From an uncultured Chloroflexia bacterium (lineage in GTDB: Bacteria; Chloroflexota; Limnocylindria; QHBO01), in assembly GCA_963839635.1 (NCBI GenBank), contig CAWIVT010000006.1, positions 470,936 through 534,935 of the forward strand: 64,000 nt of DNA. Direction: 5' to 3'. The notes beneath the pieces are model-generated. The model was not told the origin of the DNA and did no database searches. It worked only from the letters and a program-made list of their open reading frames with translations. This document shows positions 9,630 through 18,900 of the stretch, in pieces; within the stretch, counting starts at the first letter, position 1, and each line of letters starts with the position of its first letter. A program made the position numbers and the translations under genes.

Positions 9630-10751
9630 CTAGCCGACACCCCGGAGCACCGCCTCGGTGTGCTCCCCCAGCCGAGGAGGCGGGAGCCGCGCCAGCAGGC
9701 TCGCACCATCGACGCGGATCGGCGACGGCGCCAATCGCACTCCGTCCAGCGTTTCGGTCCAGCGTCCTTCGGAGGCGCCTTCCATGCTCGCCAGCGCCTC
9801 GCCCACGCCGTTGATCGGGCCGGCGGGCACGTCAGCAGCCTCGAGCGCCGCGATGAGCTCATCTCGACCCCGCCGACCGATTGCATCGGACAACACCGCG
9901 ATAAGCTCGGCACGATGCTCCAGGCGCTGGGGATTCGTGGCGTAGCGGCCGTCGTCAACCACCCCGAGCACCCCGACCAGGCGGCGGAACTGTGCGTCGT
10001 TGCCCGCTGCGACGACGAGATCACCGTCCGCCGCGGAGAAGGCCTGGTACGGGACGATGTGCGGGTGCGCGTTGCCATGGCGCTCGGGCTCGGCGCCCGT
10101 GGCGAGGTGGCTCCCGAGGACATTGATGAGCGACGTCACGCCGGCCTCGACCAGGCTCACCTGCACGGAGGCCGTGCGTCCGCGCCCGACGAGTGACGCC
10201 AGCGCCCCAACCGCACACTCCAGGCCCGCCACGAGGTCGAGCATCGCGACGCCCACCTTGACGGGGCCGCCGTCGGGCGTTCCCGTGATCGACATCAGGC
10301 CGCTGACCGCCTGCGCCAGGAGGTCGTACGCGGGGCGGTCGGCAGCCGCTCCGGGGAAGCCGCCCACACTGGCAACGACCAGGTTCGGGTGGCCGGCACG
10401 GAGCTCATCCGCCCCCATCCCCAGGCGGGCTGCGGTGGCCGGCCGATAGTTGTGCACGAGCAGGTCGGCCGTCGCGAGCAGGCGGTCGAAGGCGGCGCGG
10501 CCATCGTCGGCACGCAGGTCGAGGACAACGCTTCGCTTGTTCCGGTTCACGGAGGCGAAATAGGCGCTCCGCCGATCCTCAGGGTCGCCCCACCATGGCG
10601 GCCCCCACGTTCGGGTTTCGTCGCCATCGGGTGACTCGATCTTGATCACGTCCGCACCGAGATCGCCCAGGAGCATCGTCGCGAACGGACCGGCCAGCAC
10701 GCGGCTGGCGTCGATCACCCGGATGCCGTCGAGTGGCAGGAGTGGCGTCAT
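9630..10751 (-). CDS. CaiB/BaiF family (class III) CoA-transferase
   Basis: Lower part of ORF 9630..11699. The start, read directly from the sequence, is ATG at 10751 (MTPLLPLDGIRVIDASRVLAGPFATMLLGDLGADVIKIE), followed by YFASVNRNKRSVVLDL. Confidence 0.85.
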   Translation of the reverse strand: MTPLLPLDGIRVIDASRVLAGPFATMLLGDLGADVIKIESPDGDETRTWGPPWWGDPEDRRSAYFASVNRNKRSVVLDLRADDGRAAFDRLLATADLLVHNYRPATAARLGMGADELRAGHPNLVVASVGGFPGAAADRPAYDLLAQAVSGLMSITGTPDGGPVKVGVAMLDLVAGLECAVGALASLVGRGRTASVQVSLVEAGVTSLINVLGSHLATGAEPERHGNAHPHIVPYQAFSAADGDLVVAAGNDAQFRRLVGVLGVVDDGRYATNPQRLEHRAELIAVLSDAIGRRGRDELIAALEAADVPAGPINGVGEALASMEGASEGRWTETLDGVRLAPSPIRVDGASLLARLPPPRLGEHTEAVLRGVG

Positions 10752-10803
10752 GATTCGTACGGTAGAGGAGCCGCTGGCACGCGCGCCGCTAGCATTGGCA
10801 TCC

Positions 10804-11723
10804 ATGAAGATTGGATTGATGCTGCCCATCGGGCAGGACAGCCCGGGGAGGACCCGAAGTCGTTCGCTCACCTCCGCGCCATGACCATCGCGGCAGAGGA
10901 GGGCGGGCTCGACTCGGTCTGGCTGGCCGACCATGTCCTCTTCCGGAGCGACGACGAGGAGGGCACGCGAGGGATCCACGAGGCCTGGACGCTCCTGTCC
11001 GCCCTTGCCGCGGTCACCTCGCGCGTCGAGCTGGGGCCTCTCGTGCTCTGCGTCCCGTTCCGTAACCCTGCCATGACCGCGAAGATGGCCGCCACCTTCG
11101 ACGAGGTGAGCGGCGGCCGGCTCATCCTCGGCCTGGGCTGCGGCTGGCACGAGCCGGAATTCGACGCCTTCGGGCTCCCGTTCGACCACCGCGTCGGACG
11201 GTTCGAGGAGGCCCTCGAGATCATCGTGCCGATGCTGCGCACGGGGTCCGCGACCTTCAGCGGCCGATGGCATCGCGCGGATCGCGCCGAGGTCGTACCG
11301 CGTGGCCCACGTCCCGGCGGCCCGCCTCTCCTGATTGCCGGCAAGCAGCCGCGCATGCTCGAGCTGGTGGCCCGACACGCCGATATGTGGAACGCGGCCT
11401 GGTACGGCCACCCCGACGAGGCGCATGAGCTTCGCAAGCGGCTCGCGAACCTGCATGCCGCGCTCGACGCCGCCGGACGCGATCCGGCGACCCTCGAGCT
11501 GACCGCCGGGGTTTTCGTGGCGGTGGCGGACGACCCCGACGCGCCCGACAACGCGATGAGCGGCAGCGTCGAGGAGATCGCCGATGCGCTCGCCGGTTAC
11601 AGGGCCCTGGGCATCAGCCATCTCATGGTCCACCTGTGGCCGCGTACGCCGGAGGCGGTGACCCGGCTCGCCGCGGCGGCCGCCCTCGTTCGCGAGCACG
11701 CGACGGTTCCGGTCGCCGGCTAG
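10804..11723 (+). CDS. LLM-class F420-dependent oxidoreductase (one frame change near 10850)
   Basis: ATG at 10804 gives MKIGLMLPIGQDSPG in the frame of ORF 10642..10884. The rest is ORF 10881..11723 (GLDSVWLADHVLF, GGRLILGLGCGWHEPEFDAFGLPFDHRVGRFEEALEII). Confidence 0.8.
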
Positions 11724-11735
11724 CCCCGCCGCGGG

Positions 11736-12332
11736 TCAGCCCGCGGCGGTCAGCAGGACGTGGCGTACCGGACGTCGCGCTCGCCGGATGCGCGCCAGGT
11801 TGCCGCCCACGACCCGCTGGCCGCAGGTGTCGCATACCGTCCATCGGCCATCGCGGGCCAGGCGAACCGGATGCTCCGCCACGAGGACGCGCCATGTGCG
11901 GCGCGGGCGGACGCGAAGTGCCGCCCGGTGCTCGGCGAGCGCGGACGCCGCACCCGGGATGCCCAGTGCCACCGCGTGGCGCAGCGAGCTGCGATAACGC
12001 GACGACTCCAGGCGCAGGGCGTCGGCATCGGTCAGGCCGTGGCGCCGGTAGAGCCCGAAGGCGATGGCGTAGAACGCTCGCCCGTGGTGCGTCGACCGCC
12101 CGCGACGGACGCGCATGGCCGGCGCAAGCCAGTGAGCCAGCTCGTGGAGCAGCGTCAGGCGATGGTCCATCGGATCCGCGCCGGCGCGGACGGCGATCAT
12201 CCCGTCGTGGCGCCGGGTGACGCCCGTCGATGCATCGCCCGCCCGTCGGCGCCATGCGAGCCGCGGTGGGGCGACATTCGCATCCGCGCACACGGCGGCG
12301 ACCAGCTCGAGCGCCCATGCCGGCGCCGTCAT
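11736..12332 (-). CDS. SprT-like / HExxH zinc-metallopeptidase-domain protein (hypothetical)
   Basis: Intact ORF of 198 aa. It has a LLHELAHW (HExxH) motif after an N-terminal region typical of SprT/DUF45-like proteins, and a C-terminal CDTCGQ. The family assignment is tentative. Confidence 0.55.
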   Translation of the reverse strand: MTAPAWALELVAAVCADANVAPPRLAWRRRAGDASTGVTRRHDGMIAVRAGADPMDHRLTLLHELAHWLAPAMRVRRGRSTHHGRAFYAIAFGLYRRHGLTDADALRLESSRYRSSLRHAVALGIPGAASALAEHRAALRVRPRRTWRVLVAEHPVRLARDGRWTVCDTCGQRVVGGNLARIRRARRPVRHVLLTAAG

Positions 12333-12595
12333 CGGGCAGCTCGCAGCAGGCGCCCGACCTCGACGAGCCAGGCGTCGAGTGTCGGATCGGCGTAGCGAGC
12401 CTCGTCGTAGGTGAAGCCGATCATGCCGGCGCCATGCTCGGCGACATACGCCTCGGGCGTCACCGTCCTGAACGGAAAGGCGCGACTCGCGAGTGCCTCT
12501 CGCTCCGGGGCGGCCGGGGCTCGATCCACGCTGCGATCCGCGTCACGACGAGCGCGCCATCGCTCCGTGAGTTCTCCGAGACGTTCGCGTGCCAC
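12329..12595 (-). CDS. Hypothetical protein (88 aa), stop overlaps the start of the SprT-like gene
   Basis: Intact ORF with non-repetitive composition (FRTVTPEAYVAEHGAGMIGFTYDEARYADPTLDAWLVEV). It overlaps the downstream gene by 4 nt. No family recognised. Confidence 0.5.
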   Translation of the reverse strand: MARERLGELTERWRARRDADRSVDRAPAAPEREALASRAFPFRTVTPEAYVAEHGAGMIGFTYDEARYADPTLDAWLVEVGRLLRAAR

Positions 12596-12618
12596 CTGTC
12601 GAGCCTAGCGTCAGACGG

Positions 12619-15096
12619 TCAGGCGCGGACGGGCTCCGCGGCGCCCTCGTACAGGCCGAGCCGTGCGACGCCGCGTTGCACCCAGCGTGGCGCCCACCAG
12701 TTGACGGCGCCCATGACGCGCATGAAGGCGGGGACCAGGATGCCGCGCACGACCGTGGCGTCGATCAGCACGGCGAGCGCCATGCTGAAGCCAAGGGCCT
12801 TGATGAGCACCACCGACGACAGGGCGAACGCGCCGAACACGGCAACCATGATCAGCGCGGCGCCGGTGATGATCCCGCCGGTGATCCCGATCCCCTCCGC
12901 CACGGCCCGAGTGTTGTCTCCCGTGGCGAGGTAACGCTCGCGGATGCGCGAGAGGAGGAAGACCTCGTAGTCCATTGAGAGGCCGAACAGGATCGCGAAC
13001 ATGAGGATCGGCGTCGACGCGATCGTGGTGCCGGACGGGTCGAAGTCGAGCAGGCCGGACAGGTTGCCCTCCTGGAAGATCCAGACCAGGGCTCCGAAGC
13101 TCGCCGTGATCGACAGCAGGCTCATGAGCACCGCTTTCACCGGCAGGAAGACCGATCCGAACGTGAGGAACAGCACGGCGCCCGTGACGCCAACGACGAT
13201 GGCGACCGCCCACGGCACCGCGTGCGTAAAGCTGGCGAGGAAGTCGGTGGAGCGCGACGACAGTCCCGCGGTCAGCACGTCCTCCGTCCCGGCCGGCGCC
13301 GGGACGGCGCGCACCGCATCGACGAGCTGGCGGCCGTCGGCTGAGTCGGGCAGCAACGTGCTGAACACGTTGACGCGCGTGACGTCGTCCGCGATCCACT
13401 GGTCCAGCCAGACGGCGATCGCGGCGGCCTCGGGAGGGCGCTGCTCCACGGGCAGGGTCGCGATCTGGAGGTAGGTCGCCTCGTCCATGCCCGCGGGCGG
13501 ATCGAGAACGCTCGCGACGTCGCTCACGCCGTCCAGTGCCCCGAGCTCGCCGATGAACGAACGGAGCTCCTCGATCCAGGTCGGGTCGAGCGCGCCATCG
13601 GTGAGGATCGGCTCCTCGGTGTGCACGGCGACCTCGATCGGGTCCGCGCCGCCGCTGGGGAACTCGTCCTCCAGGATGCGGAAGCCGGTGACGCTGTCGG
13701 ATGGGGGCAAGTCATCGAGATTGCCGCCGGTCGACAGCTGAATCCCGAAGAACGGCAGCCCGGCCAGGACGAGCACGAGCAGGACCGGGGCGGCGACGAG
13801 GAGCGGTCGCCGCATGACGACGCGCGCGACTCGGCCCCAGACGCCGTGGCCCCGGCGAGCGTCGGCCGCGGAGACGTCGTCCTCGATCAGGCGCAGCGAG
13901 CGCGGGAGCGGCACGCGCAGCCGGTTGACGCGCGGGCCGAGCATGCCGAGCAGCGCCGGCAGGACGGTGAGCCCGAAGATGAGCGTCGAGAGGACCGTCA
14001 CGACGCCGCCGATTCCCATGCTGCGCAGCGCCGGCGACTCGAAGACCGTCAGGCTGGAGAGGCCGATGGCGACCGCGATGCCGCTGATCGCGACGGCCTT
14101 GCCGACGGTCGCCATGGTGTGCTCGACGGCATCGGCCACCGAGCGGTGGCGCAGCTCCTCCCGGAAGCGGCTGACGGTGAAGAGCGAGTAGTCGATCGAG
14201 AGCGCCAGTCCGATCATGGTGGCCACGTTCGTGACGAAGATGCTCATCTCGGTGACGCCCGCGAGCAGCCCAATCGCCGCCATCGAGCTCGGCAGCGCCA
14301 TCCCCGCGATGATGAGCGGCAGCGCGGCGCCGACGACCGTGCCGAACACGGCGAGGAGGATCAGCATCGCGATCGGCAGGCTGATGAGCTCGGCCCGAAC
14401 GAGATCCTGCTCGACCGCCTCGTTGAACTCGTGCTGCACGATCGGGATGCCGGTCACCGTGGTCTCGACGCCAGCGGGGGCGTTCACCAACGCCGCCAGG
14501 TGCTCGGCATCGTCGACGGCGTCCTCCACGTCCTCGTTCAGCCGAAGGAGAGCGATGGTCTTGTCGCCGCCCTCGCTGAGGAACGACGGGTCGCCGACGT
14601 CGGCGTAGGTGAGGATCTCGTCGACGATCGGCTCATCGCTCAGCGGCGCGACCGAGTCGGCCACCGTGTCCTGGAACTCGTCGGACGCAGCGTCACCATC
14701 CGGATCGGTGAAGATGACGATCAGGGTCGTCGCGGTCTCGCCGAAGCGATCCGCGAGCAGCGCCTCCGCGCGCGCCGCCTCCGAGCCCGGAACCTGCCAG
14801 CCGCCTTGGCTCAGCCTGCCCCCCGCCGTCGCGCCCCACACGTTCAGCGCGATGACGATGGCGAGCCCTGCGAGCGGCAACCAGCGCCGATGGCGGTACG
14901 TGGCGCGCCCAAGCGCCGCGAAGATCCCGTTGTGTCCGATCCGGTCGTCCGTGGTGCGCGGATCCGGTGGCCGCGCGGCGTCGGGGGCCTCCGGGAGGCC
15001 CGGCGGCAGCTCGATCGCATCCCGCCCGCCCCGAATCGCGAGCCACGTGGCGGCGATCAGTGCGAGAGCTCCCCCCACGATCAGCGGACGGCGCAT
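12619..15096 (-). CDS. MMPL-family (RND superfamily) membrane transporter
   Basis: Intact 825-aa ORF. It has two blocks of about 6 TM helices, each preceded by a soluble loop, and typical MMPL strings (IDYSLFTVSRFREEL, MDYEVFLLSRIRE). Confidence 0.9.
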   Translation of the reverse strand: MRRPLIVGGALALIAATWLAIRGGRDAIELPPGLPEAPDAARPPDPRTTDDRIGHNGIFAALGRATYRHRRWLPLAGLAIVIALNVWGATAGGRLSQGGWQVPGSEAARAEALLADRFGETATTLIVIFTDPDGDAASDEFQDTVADSVAPLSDEPIVDEILTYADVGDPSFLSEGGDKTIALLRLNEDVEDAVDDAEHLAALVNAPAGVETTVTGIPIVQHEFNEAVEQDLVRAELISLPIAMLILLAVFGTVVGAALPLIIAGMALPSSMAAIGLLAGVTEMSIFVTNVATMIGLALSIDYSLFTVSRFREELRHRSVADAVEHTMATVGKAVAISGIAVAIGLSSLTVFESPALRSMGIGGVVTVLSTLIFGLTVLPALLGMLGPRVNRLRVPLPRSLRLIEDDVSAADARRGHGVWGRVARVVMRRPLLVAAPVLLVLVLAGLPFFGIQLSTGGNLDDLPPSDSVTGFRILEDEFPSGGADPIEVAVHTEEPILTDGALDPTWIEELRSFIGELGALDGVSDVASVLDPPAGMDEATYLQIATLPVEQRPPEAAAIAVWLDQWIADDVTRVNVFSTLLPDSADGRQLVDAVRAVPAPAGTEDVLTAGLSSRSTDFLASFTHAVPWAVAIVVGVTGAVLFLTFGSVFLPVKAVLMSLLSITASFGALVWIFQEGNLSGLLDFDPSGTTIASTPILMFAILFGLSMDYEVFLLSRIRERYLATGDNTRAVAEGIGITGGIITGAALIMVAVFGAFALSSVVLIKALGFSMALAVLIDATVVRGILVPAFMRVMGAVNWWAPRWVQRGVARLGLYEGAAEPVRA

Positions 15097-15173
15097 GAGT
15101 CTCTCAATGAATAGACGTTCATCATCACGGACCGGACTCTACCGCTTGCAGAATCCCGCCGTCAAGTGCAAGA

Positions 15174-15187
15174 TGAATTGCAATTCA
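15174..15187. promoter_or_regulatory. Perfect 14-bp palindrome TGAATTGCAATTCA in the MMPL/TetR divergent intergenic region (candidate TetR operator)
   Basis: Read directly at 15174-15187. It lies in the only clearly AT-enriched stretch nearby (15100-15209), 23 nt upstream of the TetR start codon. Confidence 0.55.
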
Positions 15188-15209
15188 CTTCCGAAGCGCG
15201 AGCAATTCG

Positions 15210-15809
15210 ATGCCACGAACCAGCGCCGCCCATGCCACGGAGATGCGCCAGCGCATCCTCGACGGCGCCCATCGGGCCATGCTCGCCGGCGGCTACCGCG
15301 GTACCACCATGCCGGCCATCGCGGCCGAGGCGGACGTCAGCGTGGGGCTCCTGTACCGGTACTTCGACAGCAAGGAAGAGCTCTACCTTGCCATGTGCGA
15401 GGGGGTGACGCAGGCGCAGCTCAACGAGCTGGCGGCGCAGATGGGCCAGATCGCCGATCCCCGAGAGCGGCTCGCACGTGCCGTCGGCTACTTCGTCGAG
15501 AGCCTCGAGGCCGAGCGCTGGGGCGCCATCATCACGACCGGCTGGGCCGAGGCCGACGTCAACCCGGCGCTGCGCGACATGCTGCGGCGACGCTGCGACC
15601 AGATCCGCGCATTCGCGTCAATGTTCCTCCGCGAGGCCGTCGCGCGGGGCGAGGTGGAGCCGGATATCGACGTCGAGGAGCTCAGCCTCGCGGCGACGAT
15701 GCTCATGGACGGGGTCGTCGCACACCAGGCCGAGATGGGCGATCGGTTCGATGCCGCCCTCGCCAAGCGTTCGGTCATCGCGCTCATCGGACGGACGCTC
15801 AGCAGCTGA
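15210..15809 (+). CDS. TetR/AcrR-family transcriptional regulator
   Basis: Intact 199-aa ORF. The N-terminal HTH region is RQRILDGAHRAMLAGGYRGTTMPAIAAEADVSVGLLYRYFDSKEELY. It is divergent from the MMPL gene. Confidence 0.9.
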   Translation: MPRTSAAHATEMRQRILDGAHRAMLAGGYRGTTMPAIAAEADVSVGLLYRYFDSKEELYLAMCEGVTQAQLNELAAQMGQIADPRERLARAVGYFVESLEAERWGAIITTGWAEADVNPALRDMLRRRCDQIRAFASMFLREAVARGEVEPDIDVEELSLAATMLMDGVVAHQAEMGDRFDAALAKRSVIALIGRTLSS

Positions 15810-15998
15810 CGCTGACATCGCTTCGTTGGCGGAGGCCGCCACGTGCGCGAACATGGCCGATCGATCTTCCTTTACAGCGTATGCTGCGACTGGATCTGGC
15901 CTTGCCTTGCCCATCGTGGACCGTGCCCAGGCAGCAGCGATCCGAGAATCAGGAGGCTGCAGGAGAGGCGTCACCGCTCGGCGTCACCCCTGCCTGCG

Positions 15999-18900
15999 AT
16001 GTCGACGGCACCGGACCCGAGGCCTGGCGCGCGCCGGGGGGCTTGCATCGCCATCTCCGCATTCTCGCTTCTCCTGGGTATCGGCTTGGTAGTGGCATCG
16101 GGCACGTGGTCGCCAGCGAGGGCCGCAACGATCACCTGGACCGGCCTCGGGGCCACCACCAATTGGAACCTGGCCACCAACTGGTCGACAGTCACGGTGC
16201 CTGGGGCGGCCGACGTCGCTGTCTTCGACGGAACCAGCCCCAAGCCGGTGCTCATCAACGCCAATGTGAACGTCGCTGGATTACAGGTCACCCCCGCCTA
16301 TGGCGGCACGGTCACCCAGGGCGCGGGCCGCACCATCACGCTCGGTGCCAACGGCTGGGCCCACTCGGGCGTCTTCAACGGCAGCGACGCGGCCATCACT
16401 ATCAACGGCCCCTTCACCCTGAGCGGCGGCGTCTTCACGGCCACGAGCGGGATCATGAGCGTGGGAGGCGATTTCACGCACGCGGCCGGCTCGTTCGCGC
16501 ACAACGCCGGCACGCTGCGGTTCACCGGGGCAGCGGCAGCCATCGACCTCGCGGTGAGCCTTTCGGTATGGAACCTCGGCCTGGCGCAGAACAACCTTGC
16601 GCCGAAGACCCTCGCTGCGGGCGACACACTCATGGTGGACGGACTCCTCACGCTCACGAACGGAACGTGGGAGGGAGGAGAGCTTCATGCCCACGGCGAC
16701 ATCGTCGCCGCCTCCGCCTTCGATGGTGGCACCGCCACCCTGCGCATCAACGGCGCCGGCAACCAGCTGCTGACCGGCAGCGCCACCACCACCGTCGGTG
16801 CGCTGCCCACTCTGGTCATCGACAAGCCGAGCGGCACGTTGAGCCTGGCCGGCACGATCCGCACCCTGCGTGACTGGACCTACGCCGCTGGCCTGCTCAA
16901 CGCCGGCACCAGCAACGTTGTGTTCAGCGGCACGCAGACCATCGCCGGCAGCCACAGCCTGGCCGGCGTCGAGCTGCGCAACGCGCTGGTCAGGACCCTG
17001 GCGCCGGGCACCACGCTGACCGTCACCGGCCTGCTGCGATTGAACGATGGCGAGCTCAACGGCGGCGACAGCCTGGATGCCCACGGCGACATCGTCGCCG
17101 CCTCCGCCTTCGATGGTGGCACCGCCACCCTGCGCATCAACGGCGCCGGCAACCAGCTGCTGACCGGCAGCGCCACCACCACCGTCGGTGCGCTGCCCAC
17201 TCTGGTCATCGACAAGCCGAGCGGCACGTTGAGCCTGGCCGGCACGATCCGCACCCTGCGTGACTGGACCTACGCCGCTGGCCTGCTCAACGCCGGCACC
17301 AGCAACGTTGTGTTCAGCGGCACGCAGACCATCGCCGGCAGCCACAGCCTGGCCGGCGTCGAGCTGCGCAACGCGCTGGTCAGGACCCTGGCGCCGGGCA
17401 CCACGCTGACCGTCACCGGCCTGCTGCGATTGAACGATGGCGAGCTCAACGGCGGCGACAGCCTGGATGCCCACGGCGACATCGTCGCCGCCTCCGCCTT
17501 CGATGGTGGCACCGCCACCCTGCGCATCAACGGCGCCGGCAACCAGCTGCTGACCGGCAGCGCCACCACCACCGTCGGTGCGCTGCCCACTCTGGTCATC
17601 GACAAGCCGAGCGGCACGTTGAGCCTGGCCGGCACGATCCGCACCCTGCGTGACTGGACCTACGCCGCTGGCCTGCTCAACGCCGGCACCAGCAACGTTG
17701 TGTTCAGCGGCACGCAGACCATCGCCGGCAGCCACAGCCTGGCCGGCGTCGAGCTGCGCAACGCGCTGGTCAGGACCCTGGCGCCGGGCACCACGCTGAC
17801 CGTCACCGGCCTGCTGCGATTGAACGATGGCGAGCTCAACGGCGGCGACAGCCTGGATGCCCACGGCGACATCGTCGCCGCCTCCGCCTTCGATGGTGGC
17901 ACCGCCACCCTGCGCATCAACGGCGCCGGCAACCAGCTGCTGACCGGCAGCGCCACCACCACCGTCGGTGCGCTGCCCACTCTGGTCATCGACAAGCCGA
18001 GCGGCACGTTGAGCCTGGCCGGCACGATCCGCACCCTGCGTGACTGGACCTACGCCGCTGGCCTGCTCAACGCCGGCACCAGCACACTCATTCTGGCCGG
18101 GACGGAGACGTTGACGACCGGCGCGGCGTCGCTGTACCGATTGCAGGTGCGCGGCGGCACGGCGACGCTCGCAGGCCCCCTCACACTTACGAACGACCTG
18201 AACGTCGTGGCCGGCACCTTCAACCTCGATGGCAACCCGGTCGACGTTGCAGGTTCCCTCACGGTCGCTGGGACCCTCATCGCAGACGGCACCGAACTTC
18301 GCGTCGCGGGCAACGTCACTGCGCCGGGCTCATTCCAGGCCGGAACCGGCAGGCTCGTCCTTGACGGGACCCTCCTTCAGCAGCTCGACCTCGTGAGCTC
18401 GGCCTTGAACGACCTCACCCTCGACAATGCGGCCGGCGCTTCGTTGCTCACTGACCTCGCGGTGGGGGGCACGCTGGAACTGGCGTCCGGGTCGCTGACA
18501 ATCGGTGCGCACCGGCTCACCATCGCGATGCCCATCGAGGGGACCGCCACCAGCCTGGTTGCAGGGTCGAGCTCCTCCCTGACGGTGGCGGGGACTGCCG
18601 CCGGGATCAGCGTGCCCACATCGATCATCGACCTTGCCGAGCTTTCGATCACGAACCCGGCCGGGACATCGATCGGTGGTCCCCTCACGCTTCACGTGGG
18701 CCTCGTACTGGGCGGCGGGAACCTGCACGCAGGCCCTCACCTCGTCACCATCGCGGCCGGAGGGTCGGTCGGACGGACCAGCGGGCACGTGATCGGCGCG
18801 CTCCAGAAGTCGATCTCCGTCGGAGGGCCGCTGAGCTTGACGTTCGAGATCGGCGACGCGAGCGGCTACACGCCGGTGCAGGCGAGCTGGGTCTCGGTCA

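Noticed and set aside
13621-16873. 497-aa and 754-aa plus-strand ORFs (13621..15114, 14609..16873)
   Set aside because: They are antisense to the intact MMPL gene and out of frame across the TetR and surface-protein genes. Their composition is Arg/Gly/Pro/Asp-dominated.
16281-18034. 527-aa minus-strand ORF and three identical 124-aa minus-strand ORFs
   Set aside because: These are antisense images of the 390-bp tandem repeat. Their identity reflects only the repeat, and the plus-strand frame is continuous over 1299 codons with signal peptide and sorting signal.
16687-18084. Tandem repeat as a CRISPR array or mobile element
   Set aside because: The units are contiguous with no spacers. The period of 390 bp is far too long for CRISPR repeats. 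The array is in frame inside a CDS, and there are no cas or transposase genes anywhere in the window.
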